Of a stretch of 64,000 nt of DNA, positions 45,363-57,138 are shown in pieces (position 1 is the first letter of the stretch; each line of letters begins with the position of its first letter). The position numbers were made by a program, and so were the translations under genes. The stretch lies in the NCBI GenBank assembly GCA_000091205.1, contig AP006495.2. One strand, written 5' to 3'. The notes beneath the pieces are model-generated. The model did not search any database and was not told the DNA's origin. It saw nothing but the letters and a program-made list of their open reading frames with translations. Source of the stretch: Cyanidioschyzon merolae. Lineage: Eukaryota.

Positions 45363-47361
45363 GGTGGCTGGTTCGCTTCTGGAGCAAGTTGTACGTCTAC
45401 ATAAAGTACGGGATCGAAGACTGGTTGCGGATTCGTGGAGGGTCTGGTGTGACGGCCCCGGGAGCCGCCTCAGCCGGATGCAGGACGCAGTGCAAAGCAC
45501 TCGGGAACACTGCATGTTGACGGCTTCGATCTTGAGCATCTCTCGTGCCAGGCATTGACCGCTGATCACTGCAGGCCTTTGGACGTCCAGCGTTGCTGCA
45601 TTCATCGGGGAGAACGTAGAACGAGAGTTACAGTGATGTGGATCATGTGTAAATGTGTGGCCCGGGCGCCAACGAGCTACGTCATGATGCTCCGCGAACT
45701 TGCTCGACGTGCAGCAACCGGCATACGAGAACCGTGTCGTCGCTCTGCCGCAGCTGGCAGCGCTGAGTTTGGCGAATGACGTTCCGATACAGAATGCCAC
45801 CGGAGGCAGTCAAGCAGAGCGCTGCATCCTCCAATTGTCATCGGCATACGCTGCGGAGAACGTACCGTCCTTTTCCTTGGAGCACAGAACAAACCGGCAA
45901 GAACGTGGTGAGCGCTGAGGTGCAGCCGCTGTTTACTCAGCACCGTACACGAATCTGCTTCAAACAGAACACTAAACTGGTTGCGCTGTGCTTGCCTGTC
46001 GAGTCTTTTTTTCGGAACATGCTTCAGGTGTGCAGTTTCGACGTTCTTCATGCAGCTATGAGGGCGTAGGTAGTCGAGAATAGTTTTGAGAGTCTTTGTC
46101 GTCGTTTGGCAGTGGCCTCGTCGACGCTTCTTCTGTGGTGATTCGTCAGCTCACCGGAGTCAAGATGTTTCACGACGCCATGGAACAAGGGTTTGATACA
46201 TAAACGGTATCATGAACCTATTCATGCGCAGAGGAGTCCATGCTTCTGGATTCCTTACTTGTAGCATGCGCAAATCACCCTTTTTTTAAAATCGTGATCT
46301 TTATGGTTCACGGCAACTCGTGGATGCAACAGGTCATACCGCCGGACAGACGCGAAAAAATAATCGACATCATCACTTGTCGCCTATTGCACAGGTCCAT
46401 CGCAAGCGTTTCCCGGACATGTCATGGTGAATCATCGATTGCGTACGAAAGACGGAATCGCCCCTCTTTGTTGACATGGACAAAACGGCATTCCACGGAA
46501 GCAAGAACCGTCTCATGGGATACGAGCCCAGAGGGTCCCTTCTCTTCCGTTTGCAAGCAAAAAAAAAGTCCTGGAATCGGACTTGAGTCATCAAAGTCGT
46601 GAATGCCCGCTGCGCGTGCATCTACGTTTGGTAACGAGGGAGCGGAAAACGACCGATATTTCATGACCTGATCTGCAGACTGGATTCTACTCCCAGTACA
46701 TGTTTCGCGGTGGTGGACAAGTTCGCATTCCACAAATCCTCTATCGAATGGGAAGCGTATGCTTGCGCGTACAGCAGACAGCATCTCCTAGAGCAGGCCT
46801 GTGATCCTGGGATGCCGCACTAGACGCGGAATCGGAGATGTGCATCGACGGCAGCCTTCTGGATGCGTCAACAGGACGTACTGAGCGATGAACCAGGCGT
46901 TCACGTGCCATAGAGCGGCACCGGTACGAGGAAGCTCGGCAGACATACAGGAACTCCTGACAATATGCAAGTGTGGTCGATTCAACGGACGCATCGAGTC
47001 TATGTCCAATTAGATGAAAGCGGCCAGCGAAACGTAGACCACAACTGTCGTCTGTGCATGGAGTGCGTAGACAACTGCTGACAGCGTTCAAGTCGGGAAT
47101 TCGCTGCTGTCGTCACCCTCCTTCGACCGCTCATAATGAATCGAGAGAGACAGGGGAAATCGGCGTATTAAAACCCGGATTTCCGTGATAGAAAAAGGAA
47201 GAATCTACAGAGAAAGCTCGCAAAGCCTGGTGGTGAACCATACCGAGTAGACACCCTAACAGAACCGTGTATGTTTGTTGTAGTGAGTTTGTCGCATTTG
47301 ATACGAATATGGGTGTGCCTTGGCGTCGACTTTTCCCGACCACAGTCTGCGCTTGATCCGA

Positions 47362-47388
47362 TGTTGTTGTTGTTGCTGCTGCTGCGGG
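47362..47388. repeat. Compound microsatellite (GTT)n(GCT)n
   Basis: gttgttgttgttgctgctgctgcgg seen directly. Same composition as the tract at 34971-35012. Confidence 0.8.
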
Positions 47389-47619
47389 GCTTTCTCTATA
47401 TCCGCTTGGTTCTGGGAACACAAGTCGCTTAGCGTTTAGACACGTCGAGAAACTTGGAACACCAGTTGCATAGGCACTAGGTGCTGGTCTCACGCAGCGC
47501 GTCGTTTGCCAAGAGCGGGACGCCCTGGTGCAGAGGCCTCGCCTTGCACGCCAGTCCTGTTGGATATGGTAAGCGTGCGCACCAAGACGCTGCTCCGAAC
47601 CGTACGTAGGTAGACTGCA

Positions 47620-48786
47620 GTGATGTTCGCGCGAAGACACAGCCGTCGCTTGCGACGCTTCAGACGGCGAGCACTGTCGCGGAAAAAACACAGATACCGG
47701 TTGCGGGCACGAATCCTTTCCGGGTGCCAAGTCGTCGACAGGACGGCGTATGCGCAGGAGCTCTTCTATCGTGGCCTTCCAGGGAGTGCGCTGATGCACC
47801 CAGTTACCAGGTTCAGTTGCACAAGCGGCGACCGACACCGCACAGGTCAACAGTGCCGGCACGATGCGCGGTTCCCGCTCAAGCAGCGTCCGGAAAAGTC
47901 GCTGCGTCGCGAATATTGCGCCTTCGCCCTAGACATACGGCAGCAGAGAGCCCACCGGGAACCGCAGGCGGCACATCCCGCTGTGACTCGCGCTACGCGG
48001 CATGTCCATGGACAGAACTTGGTACAATGGGCTTGGTCACCTTCGAATCGGGACCGGGTTCTCACGTACATCACTGACGCTCGTATCGGTTTGCGTGGCA
48101 ACGACCTGCAGCGGTTGCAGCATCCGAACTGGCTTAACGATGAGGTCATCAACGCGTATTTGGGTCTCCTCAATCGAGAGTATCGCCAGCACGGCGTCTA
48201 TTGCTTTCATTCCTTTTTCTATACGCGTTTGACGAGTCCCAGCTACTGCTTTGCGTACGTTCGGCGCTGGACGACTCGAGCTCGCTTCACGATCCATCGA
48301 GACGCTTTACTGCTCATTCCAGTGAATATTGCTCAACGCCATTGGGTTCTGGTCGCCATCGACGCGAACCGGCGCGAGCTGCGCTGCTACGACTCCATGC
48401 ACAGCCAAGACGGATGGTGTGTGCTTCCGAACCTCCGCCATTGGCTGACTGACGAATGCATCGACAAGGGCGTCGAGGATCCTTGGCTGCTTTCCGATTC
48501 GTGGACGTTATCGCTTGCCCACGAGCATGAACGGATTCCTCGCCAGACGGACGGTGGCTCGTGTGGGGTCTTTTCTCTGCTCTTCGCCGAGGCACTGGCC
48601 AAGAACTGGAGCCCTGCGCGTGTTCCGTCGCCAGGCAAGCCGGCACCGCTGCCGTTGACGAGTCTTCGGTTCCAGTTTGCGCAACGAGACATCCCGGAGC
48701 TGCGCAAGCGCCTAGTGATGGCACTCCTTCGCCAGCAGAGCAGCCTGGATGCCCCTGAAGCCTCCGTGGATCGCATATCCCGATAG
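47620..48786 (+). CDS. Ulp1/SENP-family C48 cysteine peptidase (SUMO or NEDD8-specific protease). N-terminal boundary uncertain.
   Basis: LQRLQHPNWLNDEVINAYLGLL. Catalytic His context RHWVLVAID. Asp context YDSM. Catalytic Cys and oxyanion Q in QTDGGSCGVFSLLFAE. Confidence 0.7.
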   Translation: MMFARRHSRRLRRFRRRALSRKKHRYRLRARILSGCQVVDRTAYAQELFYRGLPGSALMHPVTRFSCTSGDRHRTGQQCRHDARFPLKQRPEKSLRREYCAFALDIRQQRAHREPQAAHPAVTRATRHVHGQNLVQWAWSPSNRDRVLTYITDARIGLRGNDLQRLQHPNWLNDEVINAYLGLLNREYRQHGVYCFHSFFYTRLTSPSYCFAYVRRWTTRARFTIHRDALLLIPVNIAQRHWVLVAIDANRRELRCYDSMHSQDGWCVLPNLRHWLTDECIDKGVEDPWLLSDSWTLSLAHEHERIPRQTDGGSCGVFSLLFAEALAKNWSPARVPSPGKPAPLPLTSLRFQFAQRDIPELRKRLVMALLRQQSSLDAPEASVDRISR

Positions 48787-49110
48787 AGGAGCGCGCCGTG
48801 CGTCTAGGACTGCACTGCGTCCCAGGGGATGTCAGCTTGGAGACGGTGACACAGCTCCAGGTCCAACCGAGAAGAAACGCGTCGACTACATGAAGTACGC
48901 GCACGAGCGGCATGCTCGCTTGCACGCGGGCGTTCGGCGTAAAACGTGACACAGCAATGCGCTCGTTTACGAGACTAGACCATGAAAGCGTGTGGTGTTT
49001 CCGCCTGACATGCTGATGAAGCAATGCGTTCATTTACGAGACTAGACCATCAAAGTGCGGTGCATCGTGCGGCACCTACCTGTTTCATCAGACCAGTGAA
49101 ACCGGGCTCA

Positions 49111-51456
49111 TCATCGTTCTGGTGACGTGTCACTGTTCGGTGCACTGCGGCTTTCTTTCGGGTTCTCCATAAAATTGCGAATTTGTGCAAAAGCGTCGAA
49201 CATGGACTGACGAACAGCGTCGGCGCCTTGCGATCCCTCCTTCGCAGGCAAAGATGCTTTTTCGCCCTGGGATTGGGCTGCTGCGGCTTCCGCTTGGGTG
49301 TCCATCTGTACCTGCGTTTCCTGGCCTATCTCATCGTCAGTGATATCCAGTTTCCAGTCCTGTTCGTATTCACGCAGTGCAGCAGCGATGCCTTCTCGCA
49401 TGCGCTGAAACAGTTCTTCGCGAGACGTCGCTGCCGATGCCGTCGCTGGATGCGTTCCTGTGGCATTTGCTGCGGGGCGTGATGCCTCACTCGTCGTACC
49501 GTTCTTTCCAGCAATGGAGATGTCATCGTATGCGTTCAGGCTGGCAGCTGATTTCGCGTTTTGGTACGCGTCAGGACTCGTACTTGGTGCAGGCGCTGGC
49601 GTAGAGCGTTTGCTAGAGCTGGCGTCTTCAGAGGTTCCATTTTGCGGTTTTGGAGACGTTCGCGGGACGCGCGTTTCCTCGAGCACCTGTTTGAGGCGTT
49701 CCTCGTCCAAAGCGTCCAGCACTGCCCACGGCCATTGGACGGCTGCTCCGGAGCTCTTGCCCGCTTTCATTGGGTCCGGTGGCGCAGGGATGCCTGAACC
49801 AGGCGCAACAGGCTCCAACGACCCGTCCTCTGCAATTTTCCATATTAAAACCTCCGATTCGTCCTCAGGTGATGAAGGCGCTGCGTCCGCTGCAAGCGTT
49901 CCTGGTCCCGCTTGAGCGGCTGGTGCCGGTGCGCTGCTTTCGTTCGGGTTGGCGCTCTTGTCACTGCCCAGTGAGACGCCAGCGACTGCATCCGGTGATC
50001 CTGGCGATGATGCTGTAGTTGGAGCAGGTGATTCGGCAGCACGTCCACCGATGCTTGCATCAGCGGGGTATGCCGCCCTCCTAGGCGAATGAGGCGGGCT
50101 CGTCGACCTCGCTTTCTCAGCCCCATCTGTGAAGCGCTCAAAACGACAAGCACGAAGGAGCTGTGTGTCGAGCGTCGGAGACGTTCCGAGTACTTGATCG
50201 GCAACGACTTGCGCAACGAGCGGTGCCAGCAAGATGCCATTACGCCAGTGTCCCAGTGCGTAGTACATGTTCGAGTATTCCATTGATGGACCCAGAATCG
50301 GTAGAAGATCAGGCGTCAGCGGGCGAAAACCGCTCCAGGTTCGATCGAGCGTCCAGTCGGCGAGCGCTGGACAGAGCTTCTCTAGACGCTGCAAGAGGCC
50401 ACTGATACCTCTGGCCGTACAACGGTTGTCGAAGCCGGCATCCTCAACCGTGCTTCCGATCACGATTTTTCCAGAGAGCCGCTTCGGTGCCATGTAGAGA
50501 TCGGCTCCGTACAGAACTCGCCTCACGAGTAAGTCCATAGCCGTGGCGGCTCCAGGGGCGCTGATGCTCAGCATCTGGCCTTTTTGGGGCTTTACCGGCA
50601 CCGGCACGAGCTGCCGGGCCCATGCCCCACTTGCCAATATGAAAGCATTTCCGTAGAGCAGGTTGCCCGACGCGAGGCGCACTGCCTCGATTCGCTGGGT
50701 CTTGCCATGTCTCGCTGCGACAAGGCACGAGGCCTCGTTGCCCTCCATGAGCCGTACACCAAGGTTTCCGCACGCCAGCGTGAGTGCTTCCATGAGCGCA
50801 ACGTTGTCTACTTGGCCGTCCTGCGGAAAAAGCCAGGCCCCTGCGAGTTGGGCGTCGCTGGTGAGCCCAGGTTCCAGCTGACGCGCTTCATCAGCGCTGA
50901 GAAAGTAGGCCTCGCCGGCGTCCGCCGGTGGCCTCCAGCCGTGCACCGCGTCACCTGGAAAAGCCGGAGCGAGGAGGCCACACGGATCGTAGCCAGTGCT
51001 TACACCACCGGCGGCCTGTTCCACCCGGCGCACGAACTGAGCGTAGCGCTCTCGTGCAGCGAGGCAGAGCTCAAGCAGTGGCCCAGGGGGCAAGCGCTCG
51101 CCCTGTGGGGCCAGCATCCCGCCAGCTGCCACCGCTGCAGACTCGCTGCGACGTCGTGAAACCACGATCACCTGGGGCGCCGCCGGACGCTGAGCCAGCT
51201 CTACAGCTGTAGATAGACCAGTGATGCCGCCCCCAATGATCACGATCGTTTCTCTGGGGTTTCCTCGGGGAACATGCTGCATGCGCAGCCTACTGACCGT
51301 TCGAGTACGAGGTCGCCGCCTCCAGCGAGCACTCCAAGCCGCAAGCGCCCTGTGTTCCTCACTGCAGCGCCCCTCGGTGCTACTTGGCACCCCAAGTGCA
51401 AATGATCTGTTCTCCCTATGTACATTGATGGGAATGCTTATGAACGCTGGGCTCAT
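49111..51456 (-). CDS. ThiO-like FAD-dependent glycine oxidase (DAO family) fused to a C-terminal Ser/Ala/Pro/Thr-rich disordered tail of about 350 aa
   Basis: IVIIGGGITGLSTAVELAQR is the FAD dinucleotide-binding motif. AAGGMLAP and SGFRPLTPDLLPILG are ThiO/glycine-oxidase signatures. The 3' half of the ORF (49111-50150 on the minus strand) is low-complexity. Confidence 0.6.
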   Translation of the reverse strand: MSPAFISIPINVHRENRSFALGVPSSTEGRCSEEHRALAAWSARWRRRPRTRTVSRLRMQHVPRGNPRETIVIIGGGITGLSTAVELAQRPAAPQVIVVSRRRSESAAVAAGGMLAPQGERLPPGPLLELCLAARERYAQFVRRVEQAAGGVSTGYDPCGLLAPAFPGDAVHGWRPPADAGEAYFLSADEARQLEPGLTSDAQLAGAWLFPQDGQVDNVALMEALTLACGNLGVRLMEGNEASCLVAARHGKTQRIEAVRLASGNLLYGNAFILASGAWARQLVPVPVKPQKGQMLSISAPGAATAMDLLVRRVLYGADLYMAPKRLSGKIVIGSTVEDAGFDNRCTARGISGLLQRLEKLCPALADWTLDRTWSGFRPLTPDLLPILGPSMEYSNMYYALGHWRNGILLAPLVAQVVADQVLGTSPTLDTQLLRACRFERFTDGAEKARSTSPPHSPRRAAYPADASIGGRAAESPAPTTASSPGSPDAVAGVSLGSDKSANPNESSAPAPAAQAGPGTLAADAAPSSPEDESEVLIWKIAEDGSLEPVAPGSGIPAPPDPMKAGKSSGAAVQWPWAVLDALDEERLKQVLEETRVPRTSPKPQNGTSEDASSSKRSTPAPAPSTSPDAYQNAKSAASLNAYDDISIAGKNGTTSEASRPAANATGTHPATASAATSREELFQRMREGIAAALREYEQDWKLDITDDEIGQETQVQMDTQAEAAAAQSQGEKASLPAKEGSQGADAVRQSMFDAFAQIRNFMENPKESRSAPNSDTSPER

Positions 51457-51459
51457 TCT

Positions 51460-51780
51460 TCTTCACAAAGGAACAACAACAACAACGACAACAACAAGAA
51501 TGAGCAGCACTGAACGAATCACTGCGTTCCGGCAGCGAGCCAGCGGTGCGTCGTTGCGTCAACGCGCCCATCGGCCTGCTTCGATGCCGCGGACGGGCCG
51601 GCTGTAGCGGGCGGCGTTATCCTATGTACCTTATCAGGTGTGCACGTACGGGGCGGGGCCCATCATCACTATCACTATCACTATCAACATCAACAACAAA
51701 AACATCATCAAGAACAAAATCAACGACAACAACATTAAGAACAAAAACAACAACAACATCATCAACAAGTACGGCGATCC
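51460..51780. repeat. Low-complexity AAC/ATC-rich tracts in the intergenic region
   Basis: caacaacaacaacgacaacaacaaga at 51470-51500. catcactatcactatcactatcaacatcaacaacaaaaacatcatcaagaacaaaatcaacgacaacaac... at 51659-51770. A (GA)n run occurs near 51885-51905. Confidence 0.8.
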
Positions 51781-53088
51781 TAGTGTTCGTATTCATACTG
51801 CACCAGTGCTCGACTGCGCGCAGTTGTAGCGGGATCGTTGTCCATGCTCGTGCGAACCATAAACAAAAGAGCATTCGTGTGCGTGCCAGAGAGAGAGAGA
51901 GATAGAGGAACATCCTGGAGAGCGTTCTTGCGGGTAATATCGTCTGGACGTTTGTTGGAAAGTGCAGGAAGAGCTCTGGGAGCAATTGATCCTGCATGGA
52001 CGGTGCGATCGTGAGCGGCTATGAACGTGCATCCCGGGCGGCGAATGCACTCTACATCCAGCGGTTCCGCGTGCTGGTTCCAGATGCACAGCCATGCCCT
52101 TCGATGCACACATGTTCATAGAGGCGTGGATCTGCCGTGTGAGTGCTCCGGTTCTAGCGGTGAATGCGGGCGATCGGGTCGATAGGTCACCAATCCCGTG
52201 TCAGGTGCTCATAGGTATGCGATTCCGGAGGCGTCCTGCAGCGCACGGCGGTGCAACTTCACCGACCGAGCCGCAGATGAACCGGCACCGTGTCCAGCGT
52301 CGCCTCCGCAACGCGTCCGGTATGGTGTCAAACGAGCGCCACGCGATTCACTGAGCCAGCGACTCCACGAAGCGGTTCGCCTCGGCGAGACTGCCTCCGT
52401 ACGACAGGTACGCCGTCCGTGAGCCGCTCTTCGGATGTAGGGTACGGTGACGCCTTCCAGTCGTCTGGCGGTGCATGCGTGCTGCCGTCGCCGCGGAGCT
52501 CATCGCGGGCACAATGATGAACTTGCGGACCTGCAGGCGCTGAAATTGCATCAGACACATTTACGTATGATATCCGATGCATGAATTGAACCGGAGACTC
52601 TATGGGAACGCAGATTTCACCAATGACCTGGAAAGAGGTCACAGCTTCGCTTCTCCGCGGTCCTTTCGTTGTCGTATCAGCGCGCGTGCGGCTGCATGAG
52701 CGACTTTTCTGGTCGACGCGGCGGCAGCCTACCGGATCGTGGCACACACCAGGGATCTGCGATGGCGTGCGCGGGTTATCGGAGTCACGGGGGCAGCAGC
52801 CGGAATCCCGCACGAAAAGCATTCGAGTGCGGAGGCATGCGTTTCTGAGGACCTCTAGAATACATGCGACAACAACTAGGCTTCTCTGTTGACACATTCG
52901 ATGTACTATGAGAGACAGGCCGTGCATAAACGCCGCTTCCCAGTGATGCTGCAGCAACCGGACACAGGTCAGAGGCGCCGGGGGCCGGCCATCGATGATT
53001 CGTTGCGAAGGCTGAGCGTTTTGTTGTGCGATCGTCGGGCAGCGCTGGCATAGACAGTGTAAACTGGTAGACTTATCTTTCGGTTGGG

Positions 53089-54744
53089 ATGCTGTCCAAT
53101 TCATCGTTTTGTCAAAGAGCTTCAGTCACACGTCTAGTTCAAAGTGTGCAGCTGCTTGCTCCGAACGCAAGAACCTGGCTCGGGCGGGCGTCGTACGACC
53201 AGCCCCTGTACGGAGCGGCGAGCGGCGGTGCGCTGGTGCGAGGCCAGCGCGTACCAGCAGTTAGCTCCAGCGCGCAGCGACACAGGTACAGCACTGTAGC
53301 TGGCGGATCGCTCGGTGAATTTGACGTAGTTGTCATCGGTGGTGGACCTGGTGGCTACGTTGCTGCGATCAAGGCTGCGCAACTTGGCCTGAAAACCGCC
53401 TGTGTAGAAAAACGCGGGAGTCTTGGCGGTACCTGCTTGAACGTCGGTTGCATCCCGTCCAAGGCGTTACTACACTCGTCTCACCTCTATGAGGAGGCGA
53501 AACATGCTTTCCCAACCCATGGAATTCGCATCGAGGGCAAAGTCACGTTAGAACTTCCTGCGATGATGAAGCAGAAGATGAACTCTGTTCGGGGCCTCAC
53601 GAAAGGCATTGAGGCGCTATTCAAAAAGAATCAGGTGACGTATGTGAAAGGCACGGGAAAGCTAGCGAGCGCGACGCAGATAAAGGTGCGCCCTCCAGAT
53701 AGCGACGAGTTTGCCCAGGAGATACATGCCAAGAACATTATTATTGCAACTGGCTCGGAACCTGTAGCCCTGCCCATGCTTCCCTTCGATGAGAAACGGG
53801 TCGTATCGTCGACAGGAGCGCTCTCTCTTCCAACGATACCCCAGCGGATGGCGGTCATTGGCGGCGGCTATATTGGCCTCGAAATGGGCTCCGTCTGGCG
53901 ACGTCTCGGGGCCGAAGTAACCGTCATAGAGTTCACCGATCGGATCGTGCCGGCCATGGATCACGAAATCGGTGATCGTTTTCTGCAAATCCTGAAAAAG
54001 CAGGGACTCAAGTTCAAGCTGGGAACCAAAGTCACGGGAGCCAAGATTCCCGCGGAGCCATCACCCGTCACGTTGGAGCTGGAGTCCGCCAAAGACAGCA
54101 GCAAGAAAGAGACGTTCGATGCGGACGTGGTGCTGGTAGCAACCGGTCGCCGCCCCTACACCGCGGAACTCGGCCTCGAGGCACTCGGTATCGAACTAGA
54201 CGATCGGGGGCGGATCCCCATCGATGATGCATTTCGGACGCGTGTTCCCAACATCTACGCTATTGGCGACGTGGTGCGCGGGGCGATGCTCGCGCACAAA
54301 GCCGAAGATGAGGGCATTGCCTGCGCTGAGACCATCGCCGGACACAAGGCACACCTGAATTACGATTGCATCCCAGGTGTTGTGTACACGCATCCAGAAG
54401 TCGCTTCTGTTGGCAAGACCGAGGAGGAACTGAAAGCAGCGGGCATTGCCTACAACAAGGGTACGTTCCCGTTCATGGCGAACAGTCGGGCCCGTACCAA
54501 CGACGCAGGCGGCGATTTTACCCAGGGCCTCGTGAAGGTGCTCGCGGAGAAGCAGACCGACCGGATCCTAGGACTTCACATCATTGGACCTGGTGCCGGT
54601 GAGATGATCGCTGAAGGTGTGCTGGCGATGGAGTACGGAGCATCCAGCGAAGATATCGCTCGAACCTGTCACGCGCACCCGACGCTAAGCGAGGCGCTTC
54701 GCGAAGCCGCCATGGCAACCTTTGATCGACCTATCCATTTCTGA
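53089..54744 (+). CDS. DLD: Dihydrolipoamide dehydrogenase (E3 component of 2-oxoacid dehydrogenase complexes), mitochondrial, with N-terminal presequence
   Basis: FAD/NAD binding VVVIGGGPGGYVAAIKAAQLG. Redox-active disulfide GGTCLNVGCIPSK. Second Rossmann VIGGGYIGLEMGSV. C-terminal HAHPTLSEA with active-site His. Confidence 0.9.
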   Translation: MLSNSSFCQRASVTRLVQSVQLLAPNARTWLGRASYDQPLYGAASGGALVRGQRVPAVSSSAQRHRYSTVAGGSLGEFDVVVIGGGPGGYVAAIKAAQLGLKTACVEKRGSLGGTCLNVGCIPSKALLHSSHLYEEAKHAFPTHGIRIEGKVTLELPAMMKQKMNSVRGLTKGIEALFKKNQVTYVKGTGKLASATQIKVRPPDSDEFAQEIHAKNIIIATGSEPVALPMLPFDEKRVVSSTGALSLPTIPQRMAVIGGGYIGLEMGSVWRRLGAEVTVIEFTDRIVPAMDHEIGDRFLQILKKQGLKFKLGTKVTGAKIPAEPSPVTLELESAKDSSKKETFDADVVLVATGRRPYTAELGLEALGIELDDRGRIPIDDAFRTRVPNIYAIGDVVRGAMLAHKAEDEGIACAETIAGHKAHLNYDCIPGVVYTHPEVASVGKTEEELKAAGIAYNKGTFPFMANSRARTNDAGGDFTQGLVKVLAEKQTDRILGLHIIGPGAGEMIAEGVLAMEYGASSEDIARTCHAHPTLSEALREAAMATFDRPIHF

Positions 54745-57138
54745 GCGACGCTTCGGGTGAAGTGAGTACCAGAGCGGCTGCGCTGGGTGACCCTGGGCTG
54801 CGGCCTTCGTTGCGCACAGCCTCACCGACGCATGCATCAATGGCAGGTTCTTCACATACGAAGAAAGATAGGTGGCTCAAGAATAAACTTTGCCGCACTT
54901 GGAGTGCCTTTCGAAGGGCTTTTGCGCTACAGGGCGGCGGCTGGCGTACCGAGCTCCGGATGCTAAGGGGCGCACGCGCTCGTCCAGCCTGTCGTGCATC
55001 TTGCGCTGCTGCGTGTTCCGGAACCGAGTCCTCCAGTGCAACGCAGACTCGCTCCTCGAAAGCGAGCGCCGGTGCCTCCTCAAGATTGTATTCGATATGA
55101 CCGTACGTTTCACATGAAGACTCATTATAGCATAGTAGCTGCTTGTGTATTCTTGGAGGAGGCCTTGTCAGGGAGCGACGGGTAGTCTCTGCAAGCTCAC
55201 AAGAGAGGTTCGAAGGCTTTGCGAAAAGCGTTGGCCGAGCTTGTTCCCGGATTATCGTTTCCAGGGTGGAGCTCGAAACAAGCTCCTGTGATGATGGCGA
55301 CCGACGGAATGTCCACGCGATTGTTCTTTACGTCAATTTTCCCTGAGTCAAACAAGATGACTTGTTTGCACCCTTCTAGGTAGATGTAGGAAAAGACCTC
55401 ATGGTGGACGTCGACCCCAGGTCCATGAACATGATCGCCGGCGCCGTATCTCTAAATCGAGAGAACGCAGCCAAGGACCTCGAAGGGAACGCAGATGACG
55501 GTGCTCAGCTTTATCAGGGCTCGTTCGTATTCGGAATCGGGCATGAATCGCATCGGGAGGCATACCATCAAGTGGAATGGCTGCATTGGGACCCAGATCA
55601 ACGCTTTGATCACCGTATCGAGGAGACAGAGGTGCTTTGGACGCTTCATGCAGCGCGTACGCATGTGTCCGAATCGCTCAAGCGGCGGAGCCTGTACAGG
55701 AGTACATCGGCCCAAGTCAGGATCATCAAAGGTTTCCGCTTGATGGATGCAAAAACCGTGCATTCGTCAACTCGCTCAATGAGTTGGCTAACGAATGTCG
55801 AACGCGTTGTTTGATGCTCGCCTGTGGCGCTGGACATGCTGCCGCGTGCCACGGCTGTGCTCTTGGTGCTCCAACGAGAGGATACAGCGGGTGCAGCAAT
55901 TGATTCTTTATGAATCTCATGGATATGTTCTGGGCTGTGTAATCGCATCACGAGCACGGATGCGCACTGAAAAGGTAGAGAAAACGAAAGTGAACAAATC
56001 GGATGTGCGAGATGCTGTACGGTGAGCCGAACAACCTGCAGATGACGAGGGCATCCAGTGCGAGAGGCGTGCTGTGGTGTCATGCCGCCAGCGATGCTGT
56101 GCGCAAGCACTTGCTGCCCCAAGGCTTCAACAACTCGATCGACAATAGGCATTGTCTCGTGCATCAGTAGCGTCCAATAGTTCGGTGTCCAGCGAGGCCT
56201 CGAAAGAGTCGTTTGGTACTCTCTCTCTGGGCACCGTGCTGAACTGCGGCTGACTTGGCATGAAAAATCAGTGTTTACGACTGAGGCCATGCGACACTTG
56301 CTTGCCAGGATCAACGCAGTGACATGGCACGTTTCAGGTATGTGGAGAGGCTGGAGCGCCTTGTTCACAAAGTGGGAACGAGATTTTTAGGCTATTGGCG
56401 AACGATCATGGGGCTCCCTTATTCGATACGTCTGCGTACAGCGAGTTGCGCACGACACGCGGAAAGTGGTTTGCAGATGCGACATTCGTACGTTTTCTTG
56501 AACTGACAGGGTTTTGGTAGGACGGTAAGCACCTGGCCACCTCGTAGCGGACCGGTCAGTCGTCTGAAGCTGATCTTCCCGCTCCATACGGCGCCTGCGG
56601 GAAATTAAAGGCAAATCGGTATCCCTCCCATCAGTCTCAGTCAGTAGACGCACCTCAGGTAGAAGCGATGATCATTTGCGGGCACGGACGCCTCAGCGCA
56701 TCGGACCCTAGCGAGTGCGCTCCGGACGGCGTATTGAATGGTGCGCGTCGTGGCGCTGGGCCTCCTAGCTTCGATGCAAGCTCATGGTGCCGAGCGTCGT
56801 GAATGCACAACGAATATCCAACAGGAGCGCCTTGGCCAGCGGATGTTTTACCAGTTTGTGCCCAATGACGCTGCGCATGCCGTCAGCGTCGAGCTGGCGA
56901 CGAATGCCCCCCTCAGCGATAGGCCTAATCAACCTCAGCTTCTGATGCAGGCTTCCCCGGTAAGCGCACAGTCACGAGCGCCGATAGCGTCTGCGAATGC
57001 CCGCCTATGCCTGATGGACGCTGTTCCATTCGAATACGTGTTGCGGCCAGAGACAACCTCCAAAGCAGAGCCACGCTTCTGTATAAATACCCTGCTTTGC
57101 GTGCATTTGAACTCGAAAATGTTTCGGAGCACGCTTTC

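Noticed and set aside
45400-47600. Cluster of 100-240 aa minus-strand ORFs (45213..45800, 45677..46051, 46422..46784, 46741..47091, 47131..47862)
   Set aside because: No domain or motif recognised. The frames overlap one another, and they are possibly fragments of an intron-containing or fast-evolving gene, but this is unsupported.
51638-51829. ORF encoding an Asn/Ile/Lys-rich peptide (ININNKNIIKNKINDNNIKNKNNNN)
   Set aside because: It is a translation of the AAC/ATC low-complexity tract. It sits in the intergenic region upstream of the ThiO-like gene start and is not a plausible gene.
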